A stretch of DNA of 64,000 nucleotides from Carcharhinus amblyrhynchos (Eukaryota), in NCBI GenBank assembly GCA_965287045.1, contig OZ336870.1, positions 100,192,001 through 100,256,000 of the forward strand. Reading direction: 5' to 3'. The position numbers were made by a program, and so were the translations under genes. The notes beneath the pieces were generated by a model. That model was not told the origin of the DNA. It did no database searches and saw only the letters and a list, made by a program, of their open reading frames with translations. Below, in pieces: positions 63,321-64,000 of the stretch (positions are counted from its first letter, which is position 1; each line of letters begins with the position of its first letter).

Positions 63321-64000
63321 AGAGTAACGGAGCAAAAAACCATGAAAAATAAATGACACAATGGGGGACTGTGGGGCTTTTCTGCTTGGACGAACAGAGA
63401 TGATTCAAATTGCCCTCATCTGTCTTTATGTATGCAGAAGTGTGAAAAGTAGCAATACCAGTAAAAGATATGGAGTCTTTTATATCTCCATGTAAAGAGA
63501 TATAAAATTGGGTCTTTGTTGCTGCTTGTTGTAAGTAGGTCAATAAGTTTGTAACCTGGAGTACCAGTGATTGTGTGATAGCCAGATGCCAGCAGCCAGT
63601 GACATTGTAATAATGGAAAAGTTCCTTTACATAAAGTCTGCCATATAGGAAGCGAACATTAAATCACTGTGGCCACTCATCAACAGCAAGCCTTTTTCAA
63701 TGTTGGACTAAGTGCTGTCCAATGTTCCTACTTTTTTTAACAGTGTCCTCATATGTTTGACCATGGCAAATTTTGATCTTGTAGCTGCCAGCTGTTTCTA
63801 CCAGCTGCGAGATGGTGACACTAGCATGGCAGCGTGACAGATAAATGCAGCACAGCGAAAGGAGATCCTATTTTATAATAGGTAGTTCTGCTGCATCCCA
63901 CTTGTTGTATGAAGGAATTTCAATTATCTACTATTGAAATTCATGTGATTTGAGGACAGCCATCAGAGTTTAAGATATTACAAGCCTGCAGGCATGTGAC

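Overview
This is vertebrate genomic DNA, almost certainly from a shark or other elasmobranch (inferred from HE1-type V-SINEs, SacSINE1-like DeuSINEs and CR1 LINEs). It holds the 5' end of slit2 on the minus strand: a CpG-rich TATA-less promoter (~60.5-60.7 kb), a long putative 5' leader, coding exon 1 (59407-59591; signal peptide + LRRNT) and three 72-bp phase-2 LRR exons (57538-57609, 56265-56336, 38810-38881). I found no exon 5, so bases 1-38809 are read as part of a very large intron 4. Most other ORFs in the track are noise or transposon fossils. The introns contain CR1 and L2 LINE fragments, at least four SINE families, a dead PIF/Harbinger transposase with related MITEs, and Penelope-derived fold-back elements, plus two N gaps. 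The most notable observations are: decayed hammerhead-ribozyme cores in the fold-backs; a 63-codon uORF in frame with slit2 and separated from it by one TGA; a SINE-derived ~23-bp minisatellite rich in RFX-like motifs; RFX and octamer motif clusters; one V-SINE head carrying two different tails; and a ~0.5-kb purine tract that grew inside a MITE. No database searches were run, repeat boundaries are approximate, and I cannot claim a novel system with confidence.
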